Positions 1 to 13,310 of a stretch of DNA of 64,000 nucleotides are shown in pieces; position 1 is the stretch's first letter; each line of letters begins with the position of its first letter. The stretch is from the human T2T-CHM13v2.0 reference genome, Homo sapiens: assembly GCF_009914755.1 (NCBI RefSeq), contig NC_060939.1; one strand, given 5' to 3'. The notes beneath the pieces are model-generated. The model was given only the letters and a program-made list of their open reading frames with translations, was not told the origin of the DNA and made no database searches. A program made the translations under genes and the position numbers.

Positions 1-2892
1 ACCTCAAGCACCTTCTCCTGGAGAATGGTATGCCTGTGAGAGAGGCCCAGGGGCTGCAGCCCGGCTCTGGGGGCAGAGTAGAGGGAGCCCCAGGGACTCC
101 CAGTCTGGGGGTTATACACAGAGAGGAGACGGGGAGTCACATTTCAGAAGCACCTATGCTTTAAATACTGTATCTTCTTTCTTCCTTACAACTCCTCTGG
201 GAGCCAGAACTTATGGTCCCCATTTTCCACCAATGGAAGCTGAAGCCCTAAAAGAGTCAGTCTCCTCCTGCACCCAAAGGCAGGGCATGAAGGGTGCTGC
301 TGAGGCCTGACTGCCATCCCTGGGCCTGCCCCTAGGTGGAAGAGCAGCTGATCCACGTACGTGCACGACGGGAGCAAGACACTGACAGACAGTTTTGTCC
401 TGATGGCTAACCCCTCCGAGATGGACCACCAGAGCCATCCTGTGGCCTTCACTGTCACTGTCCTGCCTGTCAATGACCAACCCCCGGTCCTCACCACAAA
501 CACAGGCCTGCAGGTGAGAGTATTCCTGGGACCACCCCCAATTTCTGCTTCGAGAAAGAGGCCTGCGTCCCCTACTTCATGACACAGAACTCCCCCTCTC
601 TGAGCCTCAGTTTCCTCCTCTGCAAAATGGGGACGCTGCCGCATGCCTCATGGGGTTGTTGGAAGGGGAGATGTGAGATTGTGCTGAAATAGAACACAGG
701 TGGGAGATTTTGTTACTGGACACTTGCAAGTGCGGTAGGCAGACTTCCGAGTGGCCACAGGTGGCTCTGCTGTTCCTTCTCCTGTGGCTCAGAACCAGAA
801 CACCTGACAGAGTCACTTACAAACCCTTAAGGGCAGGCATCAGGGCGGGAGACATTAAGCTTCCCACCTTCACCCCAGCAAGTGAAGGCCATGGCTTGGC
901 TCCCCAAACTCCTGCCCCTTGTGCCACAGCAGAGCAGGGCCCCCATTCTGCAGAGGTGGAAGTTGAGGCCCAGACGTGGGATGGAACTTCTCCATGGTTG
1001 CAAAAGTAGTTCTGGTGGAACAGAAAGGGCATGGCTTTACAAAGCCCACATGGCAGGGCTTTGAACCCCAGCTTCTGGGGTGTGTCCTCCCTGGTCAGCA
1101 GGAGCCACTGAAGGTTCCACAGGAGGGCTGACTTGGGCTGTCTCTGACCTGGGGCACCGAGGGAACTTTGGTGGTCTAGGACGTGCCCATAGAGGGTGGC
1201 CTCATGGTGCAGAGGCCACAGAATAGTGGGACACAGCACCCTAGAACCACAGACCAGGACGGCTGTGTGGCAGCATGGCCACCAGGTGGTGCCATCCACC
1301 CGTGTTTGCTCCGGGAGCCCAGTGCTGGGGTCCTGCCCCCCACATTATGGCCCCTCCTGCCAGGGCTGGGCCTGAGGGCTCCCTGGGGCCGGGGGAGGAA
1401 GCCCAGGAATGCCAGAAGGCTCTGTTTTCCAGGCATGTGAGTCCCAATGCAGCTCTGCCCGCAAGTAATTGACCCAGCAAGACTGGTACCAGGACCTCAG
1501 GAACAGGCGCACCTGCTCTGCTTGCAAGTGGGAGGCCTGAAAAGGGGTCCCCTTTGCCCAACATGAGGAGGGCCCCTAACTGCTCTGGAAGCACCTGGGC
1601 CCATCCCACACTGATTCTGTGCTGCAGAATAGTGCCAACCATCAGCCCCCCACTCTCTGCGCCATGCATCCCTCCCTCAGCTGGAAGGAGGGCCCATTTC
1701 TAAAATCACCATTCCCACCTGTGCCCAGCCCCGGCCAGGCACACACGGAGGCTCTGAAAGGAGACCCCTGCCCCACCAGTGAGACAGATTAAGGAGCACT
1801 GTTGGTCAGCGCTGGGGGTTTCTGGGAGTGAGAACTTGGTGAGGGTAAGAGCTGGGGTCTTTCTGGGTAGGGGACATAAGCTGGCCTTGAGGGACACGCA
1901 GGACTAGGGCAGATGGAGAGCAGGGAGGCTGGGCCTGGAGGGTGACCTTCCCTGGGGCCTTCCCTGGGGTGACAGGGAAGGTGAATGTGGGAGGCCCTTT
2001 GTGCAGGGGAGCCAGAGTGGCGCCAGCCTCGATGCCACCCGAGGGCCTGAGCCACAGCAGGACTGGAGCCCTGGTGGCAGCCCAGGGCCAGGGAGGAAGG
2101 GGTGGGTGAGTGTGGCAAGGCAGAACCTTCACAGGCCTGTGTCCCCAGATGTGGCAGGGGGCCACTGCGCCCATCCCTGCGGAGGCTCTGAGGAGCACGG
2201 ACGGCGACTCTGGGTCTGAGGATCTGGTCTACACCATCGAGCAGCCCAGCAACGGACGGGTAGTGCTGCGGGGGGCGCCGGGCACCGAGGTGCGCAGCTT
2301 CACGCAGGCGCAGCTGGACAGCGGGCTCGTGCTGTTCTCACACAGAGGTGGGTGCTGAGGGCCGGGCCTCGGGTTCCTGCTGCCCACGGGGGTGCCCTGA
2401 GATGGGGAGCCGGCTCGGGCCAGCCGGACCCAATGCCCCTGTCCCCAGGAACCCTGGATGGAGGCATCCACTTTGGCTTCTCTGATGACAAGCACACTTC
2501 CTCCGGACACTTCTTCTGAGTGATGGCCCAGAAGCAAGTGTTCCTCTTGCTGGAGGGCAGCTGGACACTGACTGTCTGCCCAGGTGGGTGTGCTGATCAT
2601 GGGCGTTCCTGGGTGCCGGGAGCTGGGGCGGAGCTGAGGGTGGCATGCCAGGGTCATGCTGCCTCTCTGCAAACACAGGCCTGGGCCTGGATCTCAAAGG
2701 GTGATGGCCCCTTGTGCCTCTGGCAGGGTCCATCCAGCCACTCAGCAGCCAGAGCCTCAGAGCCAGCTCCAGCGCAGGCACCGACCCCCAGCTCCTGCTC
2801 TACAATGTGGTCTCGGGCCCCCAGCTGGGCCGGCTGTTCTCACCCAGCAGGGCAGCACAGGGGAAGCCCTGGTGAACTTCACTCAGGCAGAG
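1..2892 (+). pseudogene. CSPG4P: CSPG4 (NG2 proteoglycan) unprocessed pseudogene fragment, exons 5(end)-9; large terminal exon not found
   Basis: Exons 1-27 (..TFSWRM), 336-513 (VEEQLI/YVHDGSKTLTDSFVLMANPSEMDHQSHPVAFTVTVLPVNDQPPVLTTNTGLQ, +1 frameshift), 2149-2347 (MWQGATAPIPAEALRSTDGDSGSEDLVYTIEQPSNG..), 2449-2583 (TGA stop at 2517-2519) and 2727-2892 (1-bp deletion; donor GT>AT at 2893). The peptides match CSPG4 repeats. Confidence 0.95.
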
Positions 2893-4299
2893 ATAAGGGC
2901 CCCACTCTGCAGCTACCACTCAGATGCCCCCAGCCTCAGGTGGCCGCTGTGCCATGGACATCATGTGGACATGGGTGCCAGCTCCAGCATCACTGGCAGC
3001 AGACACCCCCAGGCTGGCCATAGTCCAGGCCCTGGTGTCCTGCCCTCCAGGAGCTGCCACACTGGCAGGGCAAGTTCATGTTCCCAGAAGGAGGGAGAAA
3101 GATGCAGGAAGTCAGGGATACAGGGCCCTAGAGCAGGGCTGTGGTCTTGGGGTGTGGCTTCCAGAAGGAAGCTACAGCCAGACCCGAGGGTCTGGAGAGG
3201 GGGCACCATGTGGGGGCACTAGTGGCACCCCAGTAGCTGGCAAGGGGTAGTGCTTGGTGGGGGATGGAGTTGGAAGTGAAGCAGCTGCTGGGCCTGTGGG
3301 CAGAGGTGTGAGCCTGGGGCTCAGGTCCGGTGCCAGCCAGAGGCAGAGTGGATCCTAGGGGCAGATGAGCTGATGAAAGGCAGCTGAGTCAGTCAAGAGG
3401 GTGAAGCCGCTGTTCATCCGTCCTGGTGGCTTCAGAGACCACCAGGAAGAACTAGAGCTCTCAGCCATGGGTAGCAGCAGACTCTGTGATAACTGTGCCA
3501 TGGGGGCCAGCCCAGTCATCGCTTAAATGAACACCTCTCCCTGAAGGCACAACAGGAGTTGTTCCATAGCAGGGCAGAGCGGGGCAGACTCTTCCATGGG
3601 CTGTCCTGGGCAGGTGGTGCACCTGATGCTCCCACCAGGAGGCTGCGTGGGCATCTGGACCCAGCACATGACAGTGAGTTCTGGGTAGGGCGCGTTCTTG
3701 CGGGTGCAGAGCTGACTCTGTCACTCAGGAGCCACGGCACGTGATACTGCCCCAAGTACCTCCAGAGGGGTCCCCCCGCCAGCCCTTGAAAATGGCAGAG
3801 CCCACCCCTAGCCCCCTTTCCTAGCTCCCTTGCTGGGCAGGGACCTCGTGAACCTGGCACTCTCCCTCCTGAGAGGCGCAGATGGTATTCAGCAAGTGCA
3901 AAGCCAAAGTCCCCGCCCAGCAAGTGGCTCAGATGGGGAGCCTTTGGACAGCTGGAAGGAGGTGGCTTTGACAGGTGGAATGAAGTCTCTTGGGCTTCTC
4001 ACATCAACACCCCCCAGTGCCGGGTTCTGTATTTCCCTGGCTCCCCACTCCTGCTATGGCCCCCTCCCCACAATGAGATATTTGTCAGGCTGGTGTCTAT
4101 AGCTGCTGCGTACCCTCAGTTGCTGGGAGCCTTTGTCAAGAATGCCCAAGAATGGGGAGGGCACAGGACCAGGCCATCAGCAACCCTCTTGCACTCTATA
4201 GTCCCACGTTACTCAGAGCTTCCCCGTGCCCCAGAAATATGAAGGACTAGACTGAATGGGCACCAGGGGGGCAGGCTGGCAGTGCCACCCAGGAAAGCG

Positions 4300-7200
4300 G
4301 GGAAGAGGCTATGTGGGCTACCTGGCCCACTCAGGGAGGAGGGCAGGACTGGGTATTGTCTTGACAGCAGCCCTGTCCCACAACACTGAACTGGGCAGGG
4401 AAGGGGTCAGGCGTCCCCCTGACATGGGGCTGGATTCCAGAGCATTGGACCTGGCCACCAGAATTGGCCGTCTCCATCCAAGGCACTGGGGCCATGGGTG
4501 CCAGAGCCACATGTGGCTGAGCTGGCAGAGCCTGCCCCCCAGGGAGCGCTGAGTCCCGGAGGTGGTCATTTCTGGGGAGGGGTCTGTGGGGCTCATCCCA
4601 CCTGCCCCCTTCTTTCCAGCACTTGCATGGCGCTTCCCTCTATTTTCACTCTTGGCGGCCGCCCCACACGTTGCATTCCTCCTCCTTTCTTCTTCTCGCT
4701 GTCCTCCATCCTCCATTCCATCCAACTCCTCTCCCAGCCCCCGGGGAGCCTCCCTCAGGTCAGAGAGTCTGAACCCCGAGATGTTCTGGGTGTGTGGATT
4801 TCCTTCAGCTACCCTGATGTCCCCATTTCCAAGTCCTGACTCCTTTGAGCCATCCCAGGGGGTGTCTGGCCACTGGCCCACAGGAGCAGAGGCCAGGCTG
4901 CGACTGTGAGCATCAAGGTGTGTGATGTGTGTGTGGGCTTGCACACGAGTGTGAGTGGGAGAATGGCACCAGGCCTGGGCTAGGACAGAAGCAGCTGGGG
5001 AAGGAGCCTGGGGGGCATGGGCAATCTGATTTTTCCTCCACCCCTGCCCCTGCCCCCGCCCCACCCTACCCTGTCTAAACCAATGTGGTAGGGGTGGCTG
5101 CAGGGGCAGGGACGGGAGTGTCTGAAGCCTGTTTCACTCCCAAAGATTTCTAAGGAAAAGCGTTCTGCATCCTCTGGCTTGGCCTTGTTGGCCCATGGCC
5201 CTCTTTCAAGGACATTCACTCTGATTCCCAGTGTGCCATATCCACTGGCCACGTTCTCTAAGAAAGAACAATAGCATCTGTTTTTGTCTCCAAATGACTG
5301 TAGGGTAGGGCTGTGGGTTCAGCGCCCATAAACCAAAATGAGGCAGGGATTGGGGCTTGCCCTATGATGCGCTGATGAGCAACAGAAATGGGTAGAGGCA
5401 AGCAGCATAGCACTGGGCAAGAGCACTGGACTGGGAGTCCAGAGATGCTGCTTCACCCTGGGGCTTTAGGCAAGTCCCTTTCCCTCCCAGAGCCTCAGCA
5501 TCCTTTCTATCAAATGATGACTTTCTGCCTTTCTCCCAGGGTGGCCGTGGGGATCAAGGGAGACAGTGGCCATAGGGATGCTGTGTTAACTGCAGATGTG
5601 GCTGTAGGAGCACTTTGCTAACTGCCAATGTGAGTTCAGACTCTTCAGAGTATTTGACACCCAGGTTTATGGTGAGGTGTGACATATGGGATGTAAGGTT
5701 TAATGCCTGCTCCGACTCCAGTCTTGCTAACACATGCGAAACATTTGGCAAATCATGACCCTCCCTTGGGGAAAAGAGCAGTCTGGGAGAGCTTCTCCAA
5801 GGCAGCCTGGCTTCAACGCAGTCCGGGGCATGACTGAGATAGAATTATGTGGCGAGGAATTGGAGGGTATCTGGGTACAGAGCTGCAGTGTGGGCAGAGG
5901 TGTAGTGTGGGCCGCATCCAGGACAGCCACTGGCCAAAGCAGGGAACAGAGACGGAATGAGGAAGAGCTCTGTGGGGAGGGTGGGGCATAGGGTGGAGAA
6001 CCTTCAAAGTCCGAAGAGTATGACTTGTTGGGGCTCAATGCTGTAGGTAGTAGGGAGCCATGGAAGGCTCTTAGGTGGAGAAATGACAGCTGGACATTAG
6101 CGAGCAAGCCCTGTCTCCATGAGCAACACCGGTGGTCCTCTGAGCACGCCAGGCACGAGTGTGCAGGGAGCTGCTGCAAATGCCTCGGTGTGCGGGTGAG
6201 CTTCCGCGTTGTGACTCTGCCCATGTGTGTGCTTCAGTGTGCTGAGTGGCTGCACGCCCCAGATCTGTGCTGCACGTGCCAGCCAGTGAGGGTGCTGGGC
6301 ACTGGGAGGTGGCGGGGAAGGAGGCGTATGTGTGTTGTGGACATGTGTGTTAGCGTGTGCATGCCGGCTGTGGGGCCTCACAGCATGTGTGTGCACACCC
6401 CGGCATGCGCATGTGTGTGTGTTCCACAACCCCAGGCCTGCCCCACCCATGCGTGTGACCTGCCATGTTGATCTGATGCTTTCAGAATCACTATCAGTGG
6501 CCCCTGAGGAGCATCAGCCATGGTAGGTACATGCCTCACCGCCTGCTGCATGAACGGTGTTCCCGCCCCGCTGCACCAGCTCCACACGGGGGCGCACCTG
6601 GGACCTCAGATCCAGGCTCCCTGCCCCTCCTTTCTGGAGCTGCAGATTTGCTCTTTCCTCTTTCTGTCCTGGTGCTGCTGGCTCTTTCACCTCCCTTCCC
6701 TGCAAGCCATGGGACTCAGCGCCACTGCCCAGGGCCTCCATGGCTGAGCCTGGGGGCTCTTGGAACAGGCTCCATGCCCAAGCTGGCAGACATGAGTGCT
6801 CTCTGGAGCTGTCAGAGAGGACAGAGAGCTTGTGGTTTATGGTGTAGGGGCTGGGAGCTTGGAGGGCGTTGTGTGTGGGGCTGGACTCTGAGGCGGCCAG
6901 AGGTCTAGGAATGCTGTGCCTGTCGTGCAGTCTGAGTCATGCTGCCAGGTCAGGGTATCCAGCTCCCAGCCTGGGAGTGCTGAGAGCCAAATCCACTGCA
7001 GAGCAGGGGTGATAGTCAGGGTCCCACCTCCTCTATCTGTTGGCAATCCAGTGGTGATCTAGGATAAAACCCTGAGAGTCCCATACACACGGTCATCCCA
7101 CAACACACCTCACAGGCCAGACAGGGACACACAGCCCCCTTCCCTCCCTCTGAGGTACCATCATAGCTGCTAGCATGTGACCGAAGGCAGGGTCCCTGGC

Positions 7201-9306
7201 CCCCACTGAAGCACTATCGCCGACCAGCAGGCTCACGCACCTTGGCCTGTTGCTCCTAGGGGTCGCCTGTGCTATTCAGCCAAGGGGACCACAGTGCCTG
7301 CTGGCCCAGCTGAGCTCCGCCTAGTGAGCCCACCCGCCTCCCCTGCCACGGACTCTCCCTCTTCTGCTTTTCCCAGCAGGAAGGACCCAGCCTCAGCTAT
7401 GAAACCTGCAGCCCCCCCACCCCGCAACCAACTGAGGCTCCCCTCTTAAAGTCTATGGCCAGTGGCATCCGGCTACCTGCCCTCCCTGCCTTCCCCAGGG
7501 TCCCTTCAGAGGACCCTGGACATTCTCACCGCCCAGAGGGGCCTCTGGCACTCACTCCAGCCATCCAGCCCTTATAGCTTCACCATTTTGGTTTAAGCAG
7601 TGTTCCTTCTCTATCAGGCCTGGTGGCTGTTGGGTGGGGCTCCCCAGGCAAGAGGTGGCCCTGGGCCAGTGGGTTGGAAGAGAGGGTGAGCAGAGAAGAG
7701 AGAAGCCCAAGGCGGCTGAGCATTAGTCTGAACTCTGGGTGCACTGCCTGGGTGCCGTGGGAGAGGCCAGCATGTGTGGGCTGGGGAGGGCTGCCACAGC
7801 CCCCAGGCACTACCTGTGAAGCTCCGGCTCCTCCCTCCATCTTCCTCCCCTTTCCCTTCCAGCCCCTGTTTTCCAGGAACCATTGCTACACCCGCACCTG
7901 CACCCTCCCCACCCTGGCCCTCCCACAGCTGCTGCAGCGTGCCCGCCCGTACTCTGTGCTTGCCTCACCCGCTCTCTGCTTGCTTTTCTCTCTCCTATTT
8001 TCTCTCTGCTTCTCTCCAACTGCCAGCTGATTGGGTCAGGCAAGTCCATCCCGTCCCGAGAGCCCCAGCCCCACTTCGACCTCTAAACAGATCCTCCTCT
8101 TCTCAGAGACCTCCCTTTCCAAGCCTGCCTGGGCGGGTGTCCTGTGACTTGACAGTGGCTCCCCCAGCCCCAAAGCCAGCCCCCTTCATCTGTGACTTAG
8201 TCTGTCATAGTGGTGAGCTGACACATCCAGGTGTGACCGTTGCTGAAAACTTGGGCCCTTTCTGTGGTATGCCCCTGCCCTGTTCTATAAATATCTATAA
8301 ATACTCATACATATATATACACCTACACATGGCTGACCGCCTTGCCTCTAGCACTGGGAATCAGTCACCATACTGTCCTTGTGGAATCTTGTGGCCCAGC
8401 AAGAGGAAGCTCTCCCCTGACATTGCCCCTCCAAAGTGTGCCACCTCCAGTGAGCCTCCCTGTCATGCCTGGCCTGTGGACAGCCAGCCCCCGCCATCCC
8501 TCCCACCCCCCACCAAGCATGGGGGTGCTGTGCAGGCAGCTTTGTGGCCTGACAGTCTCTACCAGTCCTGGTGTCCCTTGGCTGAGAATCAAACCCATTT
8601 CTGGATGATGGGGAATGTGTCCTCTGCTGGCTGTGTTCTCTGTGGAGCTCAGGGGAGGGAAAAGGCCAAGCCATTTCTAGGGTGCTGTTGGGAGTGGTGA
8701 AAAGGCCACACCTTTTCCAAGGGACACTTCCTGGAAAGCCCCTGGAGCTTAGCTGGCTCTTATCCTGTGAAGCTGGCTCTGGCCACTAGGGGGCAGGGCC
8801 ATGAACTCAGCCTGGAGGAGCCTGCGGGGCAGCTGACACTCTAGAGGGACAGACAGAACAGGCCACCCGGTGCAGACAGGAGAGGGAGGCAAGGGGACGG
8901 AACGGAAGATGCCGGGGGTGGATGGAAGTCAGTGCCCTTTGGTGCCAGTATCTGTCTTCCCGGCCACCGCTAGATCAGGCTTCTGAGCCTGTTGGCTGTC
9001 AGGGTCGGACTGTGCCCCATAGGCGCCATGGCAGTCCCCATGCAATCCACCAGGTGTCACCAGGCAGCATACAAGTAACAGGCCTGGAAGGTCCCCAACA
9101 GCCCAGCTGGACATGCTCACTCTGGGGCTCTTCATTCAGTGGCACAAACTCCAGGACCCAGTGAGGGAAATGGGAACCCACCACGCTGAGCAGAATGGCT
9201 AAATCCATTTATTCCAAAATGGAAAGCAAAATAAACAGGAGTCGCATCACCAAGGCAGCCAGGACCCCATCCCCTCCTCCTTCCTCTGTCCTATGCTATC
9301 AATAAA
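4300..9306 (+). pseudogene. DNM1P: DNM1 (dynamin-1) pseudogene: last intron, alternative C-terminal exons and 3' UTR only; left boundary approximate
   Basis: 37-nt exon 6486-6522 (R)ITISGP* matches the dynamin-1 RITISDP tail. Exon at 7377-7450 resembles the RKGPASPTRPAAPRPTEAPLLDL tail. Terminal exon from 8027 matches [20 protein letters not shown] with a stop and a 1-bp deletion, ending in TAA at 8084-8086. AATAAA at 9230 and 9301. Confidence 0.88.
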
Positions 9307-9829
9307 TAAGTTTCCCAGCCACAAATAATGATTAGAACCTCCTCCTCATATGCCAGCTCCAACCTCCGCTAGGTACTATACAGGGGGTGGCCCTACCACC
9401 CGGAATATACAAAATGTTACACAGATACTATATGTACACTGGGGAAGGGGGGCCACCCCAGCAGCCCATGCCCTCGCCTGCTCTACGGTTAGCTCCACTG
9501 TCCCACCTCAGCTGCCTCTCTGAATAAGATGGGAGCCCCCTGAGGGAAAAGTTGCTTTGGTGAGAGTAGGGAGGCCATCAGACCTCCTCCAAACAAACCA
9601 GCTCTACCAGCCTCTGGCTCTTAAATAATAATCATCATCATCCAGAAACTTAAGGACTCAGCCCTGGTCAAGGTGGCAAAGGGTCTGTTTTTCTCCCCCC
9701 ATTAGACAGGGGTCTTGTCTTGCTACCCTAATGGTAAAGGGGTGACTGGGAAGGGTTGGTAAGAACATGGTAGGGATGGAGACTCCAGCCCCACTTCTCT
9801 GGGCTTATGCTGACAGAGACCTGCTTTTA
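9190..9829 (-). other. Ancestral GOLGA2-type 3' UTR, displaced from the golgin stop region by an insertion
   Basis: Minus strand reads TAAAAGCAGGTCTCTGTCAGCATAAGCCCAGAGAAGTGGGGCTGG.., which I recognise as GOLGA2 post-stop sequence. Minus-strand AATAAA at 9208-9213. Tail-to-tail with DNM1, as at the DNM1/GOLGA2 source locus. Confidence 0.65.
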
Positions 9830-12800
9830 TTTTTATCCCTTGAGTTTTTAAAAAAAATCCAGTAACTTTATTCATAACTTTTTCAAAAACTTTTCATAAA
9901 ACATTTTTCTACTTTTTTTCCACAACTTTTGCCGCAACTTTTCCACAGCATTTTTTATCCCATAACTTTTTCATCCCACAACTTTTTTTAATACCTGTAA
10001 CTTTTTTGTTTGTGTTCTTTTAATAAACACACTTGCATAGTTACATTACAATTTTGTAAAAATAAAAACCGATTATCTCATGCCAAGCGTGCCCAGCATT
10101 TGCGCAGTCTCAATACCTTTAATACTATAGTTTTCAAGACACACAAAATTTTAAGGCAAAAACAGCACTTTGCAACAATTTAATAATTTATTACATTACA
10201 GTAGCATCACAGTAGCAGTGAATAATGCCACTTTAGGCAACAGTGTTTCCGTATTTCCATTATACATTCTGTTTACAGGAATTCATCAGTTGGTAAAAGT
10301 CATTCTAAGAAAACTTGGCAAATAAAGCCTTGCATTGGAATTGGCATTTCTCTACTTTTCCTTCCCCCAGTTTCTTTCTTTTAAACTACAGTATTCATAT
10401 TTTAAAATGTTTTAACTTATTTTAAAACTTAAGATAGCAGTTACGTTTTTGAATAGTTATATTCTTTTAAAATGACTGTTTAAGATAAAGTTTTAGAGAA
10501 ACTATACTATGGATAGCACTGATTTACATTTTCACATTTTCTAAATATCAGCTTTGGTTTTAGAACTGACTTTTTTTCATTTCTGGAAAGCCTATCAGGT
10601 TTAATCAAATACTTTAAAAATGATTATATATTGCAATCTTTAAATAGGTTTTTAATTCTTCCTACAGAAATTCAAATTTATTCAGTTGAACCCACACTTT
10701 AAAATTCTATGTTTCTGATTAAACTCTACCCTTCTAATGTTGCCTTCTAAGCAAATTGAAAGCTGCCTTATACTGAATGAGGAAGAGAACAAATACTTGG
10801 CTGAATGAGGTATTGCAAAGGACCGCATGCACTTTGAAGAAAGACTTAAGTTATTGTCATATGATTTGCATTCTATTTAATTTTTCTTAAGTATATGACA
10901 AAATACCTACACAAAGAGTGGTATTTCAGTTAATATAGTACATTCATTTTCCAGACTGACATTCAGCTTAAATATGCCAGTGTGTGATTTAATCCACAGG
11001 TACCTGATGAACACATTATTGTCAGATTGGTTACAGGTGCTAAAGGCTATCTGAAGGTCATTCCTAGTCGTTTATCTTTATCAGGGTAAAAGTGAAGATA
11101 TAAAAATACCTTCAAAATAATTTATCAATGTATTAGGTAAGCCCACCTTCAGAATTATAAAGAAAAACTGTTAGACCAAATAAGGTGGCTAATTAACAGT
11201 GATATGATTTCTAGCCTGAGGGTCTAAATTGGACTTAAACTGTCTTTAAACTGAACTCAAAGAATGCAAAAGCAGCAAGTTCAGAAAATAAAAGGCAAGA
11301 ACAGGTCTTTAAGTCCATTTTAAACCCTCAGGCTAGAAATCGTCCTACTGTTAATTAGCCACATTCGTTGGTCTAACAGTTTTTCTTTATAATTCTGAAA
11401 CTGAGTTCATCTAATGCATTGATAAATTCATTCAATTTGGAAGAGTCAGTTGAAGTCACAAGGACTTAATATTTGCACTATTTCAGTGAATGCAGGCACA
11501 TCTGTTATTCCATCTGTAAAATCGTATTATTGCTCTCCTATTAATGTCATATGTATAAAAGTATCGTGAGGATGTCAAGTGGTAAAAATGGAGATGGTCT
11601 AGTAACTAGAAATGCCCACCCCAGGGAGCGCACACGCATCTCTCCCTGCATCCTAATAATGTGACGTATTTTGGAACACAGACATTAGAACTTCATGAAA
11701 TTTTAGCTGTTGATTCTTTCCCAAGCATCTTAAAGTTATGACTTAGGCAATGTATGACTGAAATAACTCATTCATCATGTATAGGCACATTAACATAAAT
11801 ATGGCACAAAATATGCCTCTAACTGAAACCGAGAGGTATAAAAACATCTTTCACTCTTTGTGAAGAACTTTGTGAGGAAGCATAACTCTGTGATTGTATA
11901 GACACTTTTCCTCATAATACTTGGACACTCACAAACAGTAGATTGCACGGCAGCTTGTAAACATTTTAAGTTGCATAAACTTCACCTTGATTTTCATATG
12001 TAGTATAATACTGTCTACTAAAACTCCTTTTTGTTTCAACTAAGTACTCTCTCATATATTGGTTTATAATAATGGTTGTTATTATTTTTAAAGTGTTTTC
12101 CATTCAAAGAAAAGAAGTAAATTCCTATGTCAGAGTAACTAATGTGGTTGAAGAATAGGTATTAGCCAGAGAGGTCTAGATGATAAAATCAATCTTCTAG
12201 CCTCAAAGAAGCTCCATGAACATAGAGGAAGGCCAGGTGTCACACAGCTTTCCTTCACTCGAATTCATTCTTGACTAGCGCCCGTATGCCTCTTCCAGGG
12301 ACATTTAAACTCTTAAAGGATTTCTTATGATCTTCACTAAATACCTTAAGAAGAATGCCAACCGGTGCCCTTTTGTGTACTGGGACATATACTCATGTGA
12401 TTAAAACAGGTAACATGAACTCTGACTTTAAAATGTATTGTAGATATAAATGCTCTACGCTAGAAAAGGTTTTCCACATCCACAGTCAATGATGGGAGCC
12501 TTTCATTCCTCAGAAATAATCCCTTTTTAGGTCATCGAGAAAGGGTACAACTGCTGCAGCTCATGATGCAATATCTTCATAAGCCCAGAGCACACACAAA
12601 TCCTAAGGGAACTACCATAGTACAGTGCTCATTCTTGGCACCAGAACAAATGAAACACACTGTATCCTGCACACACCTGCCAGAGCAGGCCACTTTCCTC
12701 TTCTGTGAGATTTAAAAAGCTCCCCAAAATGTTATGACTCCCATCCCCAATACACAGAAAATAGGGGAAAGGCTGTTTCCAGTTCTCGGCCTTTAAACAA

Positions 12801-13310
12801 CTCTAAATGTCAGTACTCACAGTGGCATATTACAAAGTAATAAACAGTGCGCACTTGAGGGCAAACCACATATTGAGCTAATGAAGAGCTCACTGTGGTT
12901 AGGATTCAATCAAACGTAATAGCAGAACATAAGCACATTTTATCTGAATTCTGTAATGAATATATGTGCTGCAATAACATTTAAAAAGCATGGCAGCCTG
13001 TTCCAAACCAGCAAGAATAGTTTTGTGCAAATAGTGGGTCTTTGTGTGTATGAATTCCCACCACCTAAGGGCAAACTCGATATGCGTGCTAATGACCTAC
13101 AATTATCAAGTAAAAAATAAAAATGCTAAAGGATGCCAGAAAGAACATCAGGGAAAGACCAACTCTCCCTTAACTTTTTACAAATAAATTTAAACGGTAA
13201 ATTAGAAACACAAATAAATGTGAGTGGCTCTAGCATTCAAATGGAGTAAATGAATTGTGTAGGAGATGAACCCCGTAACTTTTTGTTGTTGTTGTTGTTT
13301 TAAATTTCTT
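9830..13310 (-). other. AT-rich inserted 3' UTR segment of the GOLGA core duplicon (ITSN2-3'UTR-like element)
   Basis: Abrupt drop in GC content and no ORFs. Flanked by direct repeats 9818-9829 and 13311-13322. Minus-strand ATTAAA at 10018-10023 is followed by an A-rich degenerate tail (9830-10010). The ITSN2-UTR origin of the chr15 core is established knowledge and was not verified here. Confidence 0.7.

Noticed and set aside
4318-5064. 248-aa minus-strand ORF
   Set aside because: Antisense to DNM1 intron, low complexity, no recognisable homology.
7774-8700. 308-aa plus-strand ORF
   Set aside because: Spans DNM1 intron, terminal exon out of frame and 3' UTR; GC-rich chance ORF with a non-ATG start.
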